Part shown: positions 53,052-64,000 of the stretch, one piece after another | Layout: the number at the start of each line of letters is the position of its first letter | Numbering within the stretch: position 1 is the first letter of the stretch | Origin: Chlorokybus atmophyticus | Taxonomy: Eukaryota > Plantae > Mesostigma and Chlorokybus algae | NCBI GenBank assembly: GCA_009103225.1 | Contig: RHPI01001168.1 | Location: forward strand, 125,337-189,336 | Direction: 5' to 3' | DNA length: 64,000 nt | Made by a program: the position numbers and the translations under genes | Notes under the pieces: model-generated | Database searches by the model: none | The model's input: the letters and a program-made list of their open reading frames with translations, nothing else | Told to the model about the DNA's origin: nothing

Positions 53052-55416
53052 TCACGTCCCTTCAGCCAGTTCATGATGACTCTGTTGAGATCGTTCAACT
53101 GCTGTCAGAGTTTCTGGCGTGTACTCGTCCTCATCCTCGTCCTCATTAACGTGGTCAATGGTTGCGCCCTCGGCACCAGCATTGTCTGCACCGTCATCAT
53201 CATCAGCAGCTTCAGCTTCATCGTCTTCATCTGGATCTTCTTCATCATCATCATCCTCATCGTTCTTAGGCCGGTTGACATTTCGCACAAGACGAGGCAT
53301 GCCATCCTCATCATCGTCCTCTCCTGAAAAGTCAAACAGGCAAAGTGATCAAGTAGGTGTGTGCTGGCTTCTGAAGCTCTTCTCAATGCCACTTCATACA
53401 TATGCACAAGCGAGCAACAAAGAAAGCAAGAGTGTGTGTGAGTGGTTTACCGCATGACTGTATGAAGACCCGCACAATACACGCGTGTTGTAACAACGCA
53501 ACGTTTCAAAGCATGCAATATCGCTTGCCTTCCGAATAAGCCTCTTCAGTAGATGCATATCTGGCTTCCGCGAGGAATTTTGCCTGCTCAGCAACGACGT
53601 CCGCACCATTGCTGCACGCAGCATACGCATCCAGCAATTCCCTATGTCACAATTTTCAGTTTACGCTACAGCATAACAACCCACAAGGACACAAAATGGC
53701 ACAAGGACACTCACTTGTTGAGGGTGATGAACCCATGACCCCACTTGAACTTCTCCAGCAGAAGCTCTGCCCAATCAGGCCTTCCACTATAAGAAGCCAA
53801 TGTAAATTCATGTAAGTCATGGCTTCTACAAAATACGAGAGATACCATGGACGGTTACGAAGGGTTATGCTTGCTCACCATATGTACATTGCGGCTGCCA
53901 ACGCTTCCACGCACGACAGCTTGCAAGGGCGGCCGTAGTTTATTGGGTTGGCGGCCACCAACCAAGGCACTGCAGAGACGACAAACAACCGTGGGCACAC
54001 CCCAAACACGCAACCAATGGATGACAAGCAACAAGGTTAACTGCGCCACAACAACATACATAAGCGCGGTGCAGGGGTCTTGATTCGTGTGAACGGGACA
54101 TCATCGAGCTTCGCCCACGAACAGTCCACAACCGCAAGGCCCGCCTCCTCCATGAGTGCCTTGTCCTCGCGTGACACGCATCGCGTCCCGGTTGGACTGC
54201 ACACAAACGCATGTTGATGAACCTTCTGGTTCCATAGGTGTGCGCGAAAGGAGGTAACTAAATGACCAAAAGACTAACCTCAGTACCACGCCAGCAAAGC
54301 GCTGATTTATGCGCAGCTCCTGCATGCAACTCACACCATCAGCTTGGCACGCACCCACCCACGCACCCACGCACGCATTGCTTTCATGCGCAGGCATCAA
54401 AGGATGGTTGTGCGACGCTGTGAACGCAACGAAAACACTGCTCCTGGCAATGTTGGTGTGTACCCTCACAAAGCCGAGCCGCGCCAGCTTGCGACCAGTG
54501 CACTTCTTTGAATCGCACTGTCCAAAATCCTGTCCAGCAACAACTGACCTCGGTAAGTCTGAGACATCACACGCACGCACACAGCCACCAGCTGTGTTCC
54601 ACGTTAACATGCACGAGCGTACGACTAGGACCACACAAAGCTGATTGAGCTCAAGAAGAGGCTCACCCACATAGCTAAGCGTAAGGGAAACTTGGCACGA
54701 GGTGCTTGTGCTGCATATCAATTAATATGGCATGTTAGTGAACCAACCTCACAGCACTGGACATGGTGATTTATAAAGAGAAAAACATCAGTACCTGGGT
54801 CAACGTCATCAACGTTGCCATTAGTAAACGCCCCTCCACCACCCTCCCTGCGCTCACCGGCGTGAGCTGCTTACATGCGCATGCACATGGACATGCGTAC
54901 ACGCACATGCAAGGACTTGCACCAGAATCATCTAAACAACACGTGCTTGATTGAGGCAAGCACTGCCTGCATAACAAGACGACACTGTGCACGTATGGAA
55001 GTATAGTCAGCACACGCAACGCCCATGTGAAATGATGTACTTTGATAGATAGGCGTATTATATCTTCACAAACAATGGTCACCAAACTGGTTGCAACGAG
55101 CACGTAGCTATTAGGCTTGTTCTTGCCTGCTGACAACCAGACAAGAACAAGCTATCACTCGATACTCGGGGACACACGAGCTGCATGCAGACAGAGCGCA
55201 ACACACATACGGTGACATGGTGTTCCACACGTTCCGTATGTGATCATCTTGACATGAACCAGTTGTGAAGCAGAAATCAAACATTCACCCCTTGTGCAAT
55301 ACACAAACCGATCCATCCACCCACCAATTGGCCGTCTGGCGTTCTCTGCTCCACAGTTTAGCTCCCCGCCCACCACTACTACAACCACCTCCTCCTCGAC
55401 CTCTTCCCTTGCCCAT
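53052..55416 (-). CDS. TSR3: 18S rRNA aminocarboxypropyltransferase TSR3
   Basis: LRLAMW|[15 protein letters not shown]; [22 protein letters not shown]; [25 protein letters not shown]; KFKWGHGF; acidic tail. Start codon inferred. Confidence 0.94.
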
Positions 55417-55589
55417 CCTTCCGCCGCCGCTGTCACCGCCGCCGCTGCTGACACTTGGTCACCAGCTAGCAACACAACCAGACAACCAGAGCTGCGCCAA
55501 CCCTAGCACACAGGACATGCACATGCTTGCGGCGGCGGCGGCGGCGGCAGCAAGGAGGAGGAGCAGGAGCAGTAGACGAGGAGGTAGGG

Positions 55590-58500
55590 ATGGGGCGGGG
55601 CAAGGGTGGAGCCGCGCTGTACGACGATGACGACTTTGACGATGGATACGATGACTACGACTATGACGAGGACGGCTATGAGGAGGAAGTCGCTGCTCCA
55701 GTGCAGCGTAAGCTTGCTTGGAGCATTGCTTGCTGCTGTGTGCTTTGCGTGTTTATGTTTATCATGTTTATTCATGCAATCCAAACCCGCACATCGTAGC
55801 TGGTATTGTGACTGCTTGCCCTAAACATAGCTTTTCTTGATGTAGTAGAACTGCATTTTACTTTGTTCAAAACGCACACAACCGCATGAGAGAAAAGCTA
55901 TGCACTCAAAGTATTCACTTCTGGTGTTCCTATTATGTGCTTCCTACGTGGGCGTGTCTTTGTCGTGGTTAGACCCTTTCCTTTGCACTTGCTCTTGTCT
56001 GGACGGTGTTAGCATGCGCAGCAGTTGTGCTAGCTCAAACTGATCACTCTTGTCGGTGTTGCTCTTAGCAGCGAAGAAGTCCGTTTCAATCGAGAAACCA
56101 TCAGCAGCGCAGACCATATCAGCTAAGCAAGCGACAGATAAAGCACCAGCAGCCTCCACAAGTTCACAACCATTGTTAGGTAAATGTCTTAACGTACCCT
56201 ATGCTTGACTTAAGCAACATTGCAATGGTAACTGCTGGACACTAACATCAAGACCTGTTGTTGTGTATGTTGCATCTTTGAGCAGAGCACAGAACTGTCT
56301 CCCAAAGTGTCACTCAACAGTACACTAATCACCACCAGCAGCAGCACCAGCATGCAGCTGTTGCCGTTGCACCGATTGTGGATGCGGCGTCAGCCTCACA
56401 GCTGGCGCGGACCCTGTGCGAGCATCCGCCACGTCCTCCTGATTGGGTGCAACCCAACAGTACCGTTGCTGTGCGCGCAATGCCCACACGAATCGACTCA
56501 TCAGCGCCTGGGCTAGGTGAGTGGGTATGAACAGTTGTGCGTTTACCCAGAAGTTGTTCATCCAATTGCATGGTTGATGAAATGGTGCGAATGAGAGAGA
56601 TAAAAAGTGTAGCATCATAGCATAACGTTCATTTGCAGTGCCGTTTGACTTCAGCCAGCCTTCACCTGATGATGCGGTGCGTGCAGCACAGCAGAAGTCC
56701 GGTAAGTGCCTACAACAATATCTTCATGCACACAGATATCGTAAACACCATCATCATCGCTGCATTGTTTGCTTGTTCTGTAACACCACATTGCTGCAGT
56801 GACCAAGAAGCCCATGGTTGCAAAGCCTTTGTTGAAGCCGATTGCCCAGCCCAAAGCACATGCGAGCGTCAAGGCCAAGGCAACACGCGAAGCAACGTCG
56901 CCATCGCGTGGCGAGGAGCAAGCCGGGCCTTCCGGCCGCGACAGCAGCATAGTGGATGTTGAGCGGCTGGGCGAGAGGTTTGCGGAGGTGCTCGAACCCA
57001 AGGGTTGGGTTCGCGCGGGCCTGCCGCTGTCGTCCTTTAAACCGGACGTGAAGCTGATTCAAGAAGCTGGCAAGGAGGACTTGCCTGGGCTCCACTTGGT
57101 TGTGGTACGTGTATGTGTGGCATATGTTGTGCTTGTGGTAGTACCGTGTGCTTGTTTGACAACTGTTTGATTAAACATATTCTATCAAGCATGCATTTGT
57201 ATCAACCTGTCAGGCTTCAAGCCAGCCATTGTCTCGCTTCATGCAGTAGGCTAGATCTCATGTTGATTGTGTCATGTAGCACATTGATTTGGTCAAGGTC
57301 TGTTGTTAAGGTCATGTCCTTGCGGTCAAACATCTGTAGTTAGGAAAATCTAGGCGTTGCTTAGTAGAGTGCGCAGCTTCTTGCTGCTTTAGCATCAAGT
57401 TGGAGTGCCAGTAATGCATCTTCATGACCCTGCAGGCATGCTTTTTATTGTTGGTTTCAGGTGGGGCACGTGGATGCCGGCAAGTCCACGCTCATGGGAC
57501 GACTGCTTGCTGAGCTTGGTGTGGTACGCATGAAGGCGATTGCGTGCATGAATGCTTTCAGCAGTAGAAACGGAGCTGAGCAGTGCAAGCTCAGGTGACG
57601 GAGAAGCAGATGAAGAAACACGTACGGGATGCTGCTGCAAGTGGCAAGTCCTCCTTTGCGTATGCGTGGGTGCTGGACGAGCAGGTTGATGAGCGTCAGC
57701 GGGGCGTCACCATCGACGTTGCCACTGTACAGGTGGGCTCATACTACCAGAGTTGTTTTTGTTATATATTGAGTTGTCATCTCACCTTCTGGCTTGCTTC
57801 TACAGTTTGAGACGCCTCATCAGCGTGTCACATTGCTGGATGCACCCGGCCACCGAGACTTCGTCCCAAACATGATTGCAGGTAAGCAATATTTGAGATG
57901 AGTTGTGCTTGCCGCTAAGCTGTGCAGAATTGTTTTGTGCGTCACACCCACGTTTGGTCTTTTCCAAGGTGCTGCCCGTGCGGATGCGGCGCTGTTGGTC
58001 GTGGACGCGTCACCCGGGGAGTTTGAGGCTGGCTTTGCTGAGGGTGGGGGCAGCACGGGCGGTGGACAGACACGTGAGCATGCGCAGCTGGCAAGGAGCC
58101 TTGGAGTGGAGCAGCTTGTTGTTGTCATCAACAAGGTAAACAGCAAGCTTGAGCTATTACTGTGACATCCAGGCAGCCACAAATACGTGTTGAAGAGAGC
58201 ATGTGCCCGGGGGCATGTGTTTACGTGTGTGCGTAACTGCGTGTGCTTGTGTGCTTGTGCTTGTGCATTTGTGTGTGTTAGTCATTAACAGCTTTAGTGC
58301 AGATGGACTTGGTGCAGTACTCGCAGCAAAGATACACTCAGATCAAAGAGTCGCTCGCACCGTTCCTCAGGCAATGCGGGTTCAAAGACAGCTCTGTACG
58401 GTGGCTTCCAGCCGCAGGAGTAGAAGGCCAGAACCTGGTATGCAAACTTTGACGAGCACTTTGCATAACCGTCAGCTATATTGACTGTGCCAATCAACCA

Positions 58501-59739
58501 GGCCAAACCTCCTACCGACCCGCGCTTTGCGTTGTGGTGGAGCGGTCCTCATCTGGTGGAGGCAATCGACACGTTTGAGAGGCCGGCACGCGCATCCCAC
58601 TTGCCACTTCGCATCACCGTCACGGACGTGACGCGCAGCCGCACACTCAATGCTGCTGCTGCCGGTGGCAAGGTAATTGTGTTTATATGTGTTCGTTCTC
58701 TTGATGTGTTGTTAGCTGTGTTGTACTTAACTGCACTCATAACACTGTGCGTGGCACAGGTTGAGGCTGGTGCCGTGCGCAGCGGTGCACGTGTGCTGCT
58801 CATGCCGTTGGGACAGGTGCTGTTGAACCGCACCTGCATCTGTTATGTTCTATGCACGCACACAGACAGGCGCACATGCACACGCGTGCGCACACACACC
58901 CCTCCCCCCATCGTTGTGTGGCATGCTTTGTGTGCTTGAGCAGATATTGACGGTGAAAGCCTTGGAGCGCCAAGGCACAGGCATACAGCTTGCGTGTGCC
59001 GGTGACATCGTCGAGGTGGTGTTGCACACTTTGGACCGCACAGATGCGTCTTCCGAAGCCAAGCCCGGGGACGTCATATGCGATCCAGATTATCCGGTAT
59101 GACGGCACTGTTGACTTTGTGCTGATCTTTTATACGGTGCTTGGAGTATGTCTTTGTACTTGTCTTCTGCCTTCCTACGCCTTTCAGAACTGAGGGCATC
59201 GCTTAATCAATAACTGTTCCTGCAGATACCAGTAGTGGCTCGCTTTGAAGCCCGCATACTCACCCTCAACTTGGCCATCCCCATACTGAGAGGCGCAACA
59301 GTAGTGGTGCATGCGCACAACGCACAGGTATTGTTCAGACAACGTGATGACCGCAGCAGTCAGCTTCAGTCAACGGATGCATGTGTGCGAACATGTGCCT
59401 GTAAACAAACACGTACATGTACATGCCCAGGGGCGCAACAATTGTAGTCCCCCCTCACAACACAAGATGAACTGGTTTATGTTGTTGATTGTTGTATGTC
59501 TGGCTCAGGAGTCGGGCTCGATATCTGAGCTGGTGGCGCTGCTTGATCCCAAGTCGGGCGCGGTGGCGAAGAGCAAGCCGCGTGCGATCATGAAGCGGCA
59601 GAGCGCCCTTGTTGACATTACGCCCGCGCGGCCGATCTGCCTCGAGTGCTACTCTGATGTCCGCGCGCTCGGGCGCATCGTCCTTAGGGATGCTGGCAGG
59701 ACGCTTGCTGTGGGCATTGTCACGCGCATACTTGCGTAG
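55590..59739 (+). CDS. HBS1L: HBS1-like translational GTPase
   Basis: Acidic N-term [13 protein letters not shown]; [12 protein letters not shown]; [20 protein letters not shown]; [15 protein letters not shown]; GEFEAGF..GQTREHA; VINK; [16 protein letters not shown]. Confidence 0.95.
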
Positions 59740-60386
59740 AGGCTTGCATGTGTAAGAAGAATGCAAGATGTCGCTCTCAAGTGTTAGCTGACGGCACTCT
59801 ATTGCACACATGTGTCTGCTGCAACCCAAGCGTCGCGCGCCTGAGTTGCTTGTAGTGCACATTGTGCATAGCTCCACAAGTAAAGCATGGTGAATGCTAG
59901 TTGTGGTGCATGCCATGCACATTGTCCGCACACCATGCATGCTGGCACAGCAGCATACCCCCTCTATACATTGGCAGCACGCCCCACCACAATATGATGC
60001 TGCGTGACCATCTGAGACTTATTGCACCAGCAATGCTGTACTGCGCATGCCTGGAGACCAGAGAGACTTGAGTACAACAGCATGGTATTCATGACTGATA
60101 GGGTTGACGTCATACCAACGTGTACATATAATGCAATGCAGTATTAACAACACATGTGCACGTTGTCACTACTGCATTGCATTCTTCGTGCATCAACTGT
60201 GTGACCAGCAATTGCCGCCTCTAGTGCAATGCGACTGGTGGGCTGTACATAATTGCTCCGCTGTGCAAGGATGCAACTTGGTATACTCAGGCTGTTGACA
60301 GGCAATTTTCAACACCTGTGCAGCAATGAGATGCTAGTGCAGTGGCCCACTCGCATTTGCAGCACACCATCACGTAACACTTTACA

Positions 60387-61984
60387 TCAGCTGCTGTTGC
60401 TTTTAGTCCTTTCGTCCTCATCAACCCGCTGCTGCATCTTCCTGCGCATCGCGAGCTCTTTCAGCATCAGCTCCTCGGCGGCGCGCTGGTTGACCTCTTC
60501 CTCGCTAAGTCGCCGGATGGGGAACCATGACGGGAGGGTGAAGTTGTCCAGCATGTTGGGTTGAGGTTGGCCTTCACCCACTGTGACTGAGTTACGAGTC
60601 TCGTCCGATGCAAGAAGTATTCGCCTCAGCCGCCAGGAGTTGACGGCATCCAACGCTGCGTGCGTGGCGGAACCAGCGCACGCAAGCAACAGCGCCGCGC
60701 TTATCGCCCGCCACTTACCACCTGAAAAGGGAACAGTAGCTTTTGATACTTGACAGAGTTTGTTGTATGCCGACAACAACAATAACAACTATGTATAACA
60801 ACTACGTATTAAATCACTCCTGCACGAGTGGATAGGTGAATGGCTCCATGCATGTGTGGGAAATTACCGTGTAAGGCGCCTATAAGGAGGCCCGTGCCTG
60901 CTCCGGCCAGCGCGGTCCTGGTCACGTCGTGGACGGGTCTCACCACATGCAACGCCTCGTGCGCAACTGCACGTAGAGATGGCGTGCATGCGAACACGAC
61001 AAACCATCAACATACGGGCGCGCGCGCCAGCCCACAGTCGCACATACATGCGCGCACATGCAGACACTGCCCCTCCCCCCCACCACCACCACCCCCCNNN
61101 NNNNNNNNNNNNNNNNNNNNNNNNNNNNNNNNNNNNNNNNNNNNNNNNNNNNNNNNNNNNNNNNNNNNNNNNNNNNNNNNNNNNNNNNNNNNNNNNNNNN
61201 NNNNNNCCACCTAACACACACACGCATTCATGAGCACAGGCTCTCTCACCGCAGTAGGCGCCGGCAATGATGGCGCAGTTGGCCCCCACAGCTGCAGCGT
61301 AGCCGGGGACCGATCGCGCGCTGGACAGCGCCATGAACGCGCCAGCAGCAGCACCCAACGTGCCTGACGTGGGTGGGTGCTTGCCATGTTTGTCGGACCC
61401 ACACTCAAACACAAAGACACATCAACACACAGCGACTAGCTTATGCACGCATTGTGGGAGGCTATGAGTTCAGAGAGCTGCTTTCATACTCGGTTTGGCA
61501 TGCAGCATGACCAGCAGGGTTGCATGAATGCAACTGCGAATCACAGCTGCAATCAAAGTCTGTGTGAATGCATGCTACACTGGAGGTGTGTCCCATTTAC
61601 CAAACCCACCATACTGTTATTGCTTTCCTGTCGCTTTTTTGCTCACATGATGAACTGGATTTATGTACTATTTACACAGCCCACAAGGGCGTGACACATG
61701 CAGGATGTTTTCAACAAACAGATCCTCCGTGCTGTAATGCCCACCACTGTTGTCATGTGCACCACAAGTGTATGCTGACCACCACCATCATCAACATTAT
61801 CATCATCCGCATTATTATCATCGTCAACGCCAACAATCACACACAGGGTCTGTTGTCTCTGACCAGCAGCGGCGGTTCGCTGCAGCGACAGGCGGCGCCA
61901 CTCCGGCCCGTGCAGCTCCCTCCGCCGCCTCCTCGCAGTCTCCTCGCCGCCACCGTTCCCCTCGATCCTCTCCTCCTCCTCCAT
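60387..61984 (-). CDS. Tim17/Tim22/Tim23 (PRAT) family protein
   Basis: Small-residue TM segments (GTLGAAAGAF..GANCAIIAGAYCG; ALAGAGTGLLIGALHG) and a C-terminal LPSWFPIRRLSEEE motif. An intron contains a gap; start uncertain. Confidence 0.7.
61098..61206. other. Assembly gap (109 N)
   Basis: Run of n. Confidence 1.
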
Positions 61985-62156
61985 GTCCTCCCTGTCCACC
62001 GCGCCGTCCTCCGCCACCGCCTCCTGCGTCTTAGCCAATTTTGCCCAACTCAGCTAGCACAACACGTTACGTGGATGTTGTAGAGCGGCGGCGGCGGCGG
62101 GGTTGTCGTCGTTGTTAGTCGTCGTTGGTACTGGTGGCTTCACAGCTAGCTTAAGC

Positions 62157-63789
62157 ATGGCTGAGGCGGAGGTGCTGGTATTTGACGACAAGGATGATGA
62201 GGGCCATGCTGACTATGAGCATGACTATGAGCGCGGCTACAGGGGCGGCGACCCCAGCAGCAGCGGCTCAGACGTGAGTGTTTGCAAGAACACAGTATCA
62301 AGTATATGTGTAGGGGCATTGTCTTTCTTCACTCAGTTGCTCACGTTCACTTGGGCTAATCGATGTCGCCCTGTCTCAGGTTGTGCATGCGGTATATCCG
62401 CTTGATTGTCATTTAATGTGTACACCTGCAATGCTAGCCATGCAAGCCAGTCTATAGCACAATGTCTGATTACATACATGGCAGCACATGCGCATGCACA
62501 CGCGCAGAGGTACGCAGACTTGGATATGCGCACGTACGCACCCGCGCTTGAACGTGTGCAACCTTGTGTCTACGCGCACAAGCGCACATATATATGCCTA
62601 ACGGACGTGTGTCAGGCATACATATGTGCGCACGCACGCTGTGCAATCCACTTTGTGCTGGTGTTTTCTTCTTTGGTGCTTTGTTCATATAGGTTGTGTG
62701 TATACGGTTCAGACTCTTGTTATGGTCATGCGGACACCTATAGCTAACCACTACTGTCTTCAGCACTCCTGGGGCGGCGCCATCCCCGAGCTCGCCGATA
62801 TCCGCCGCGCTGTTTCACTCTTATCGGACGACTCCGCCGATATCCGCGCCGCGGGAGCAAAGGCACTAACGCCCGTCGCACGCACGCGTCCACGCCACTC
62901 TTGTGGCATTGTGTTGTGGTGATCTGTTGATGTGTGGGTTGTTGATTAGGTTCTGGAAGGGTTTCATCCGGCGGACGTGGCGTACAATCTGATGTGGCCT
63001 GAGATTGTGAGCGCGTTGACGCGTGGCCTCGCCGATACGGAGACCAGGTGTGTACAAGAGGCAAACGACCCGTATGCGCGCACGAACACAAGCATGTGTG
63101 CTTATGTAGCTCATTTTTTTTGCCATGTGTACAGTGCATGCCACGAATAAAGCAAACACTACTGATGCTTTTGTGTGTGCGGTTGCGGCATGGTGTGTAC
63201 ATGCACACACGGACGCACACGTGCGTACGAACACGTGTACATTATGTGTACAAGTTGGATACGTGCACGACACATACGGCGTGTATATCGATACAAACAT
63301 CAAATGCATGTACGCGTTGCACAGGTGCAACATGTGTACACATCTCAGTGAGTGTCTTGTTGTTGTAGTGAGCGTGAACAGATGCCACAATATGCAGGGA
63401 CTAATCCATCACTGCTGCAGAGTCGCAGATTTCGCTCTGCGCTACCATCTCGCCCTCTTTGACGAGCTCCTTCTCTCCTCTCCTCGCCAGGCTTGCGATA
63501 TCGTCGGGAGCCTGATCATCCGCAGCACGGCATCTGTTATCGAGGCCGGGGTTGGTCGCGATGACGCGTTTGATCAATACCCACTGAACAGCGACGTGCT
63601 TCGTGAGGTGAGGAGTGTTTGAGGGGTGTTTGTATGGTGGTGTTGTTTGTGTGGTTTTTGTGATCTCTTTGTGGTTAATGCAGTTTCGTCTCTTAGATCA
63701 CTTCCTGAGGGGGATAGCGAGACATCTGCATTACCTTCCCGAATGCCAGCAGGCTGCGTTGATGGCAATGCTGACCTCCTTGATGAGGT
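62157..63789 (+). CDS. TBC1D32: BROMI/TBC1D32-like ciliary protein, 5' part (continues beyond the window)
   Basis: IRAAGAK|VLEGFHPADVAYNLMWPEIVSALTRGLAD; LLLSSPRQACDIVGSL; FRLLDHF..L. Spacing matches the recalled BROMI domain ([36 protein letters not shown]). Confidence 0.62.
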
Positions 63790-64000
63790 GCATGTTTATG
63801 CAGTAATGTTGTTGTTCAGTCTAGTTTATGCATGGTTATTTGCATACACAGACGTGCACATACACCCACATATTTGGCCACATGCAGTTATCCAGCAAGT
63901 CAAGTCGGGTGTCACACACGCACTGTGTGTGTGTACACACTGCGCGTGGGTCACACCCGCAGTCACAAGCGCATACCCATGTGCACACATGAACGCGCAT

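Noticed and set aside
55944-56159. 71-aa antisense ORF inside HBS1L
   Set aside because: No motif or supporting exons; probably a chance ORF.

Overview
Eukaryotic, intron-rich genomic DNA. The plant-type U2 snRNA 5' end and the PCC13-62, CCD1 and DUF3754 genes point to the green lineage, most likely a flagellated alga; the exact taxon cannot be fixed from sequence alone. Bases 1-13.2 kb are repeat-dominated: a TA-rich minisatellite, a decayed 5'-truncated Ty3/Gypsy element with its 3' LTR, a pogo/Tigger-type DNA transposon nested in it (CAGT TIRs, TA TSD, intron-containing transposase), and a 1.2-kb (CT)n tract. The rest is gene-dense: an LCM-type SAM methyltransferase, U2 snRNA, a second pogo fragment, an SMP-30-like beta-propeller, a PCC13-62-like pseudogene, CCD1-like dioxygenase, GST zeta, DUF3754, ATG12, NAPRT, a CATSPER2-like channel, an orphan coiled-coil gene, TSR3, HBS1L, a Tim17/22/23-family gene and the 5' part of a BROMI/TBC1D32-like gene. 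The standout is an apparently intact CATSPER2 orthologue (the sperm-flagellar Ca2+ channel subunit, TFDHW pore) in a green-lineage genome, about 11 kb from a ciliary BROMI-like gene. All gene models were spliced by hand and family calls come from recalled motifs; no database search was run.
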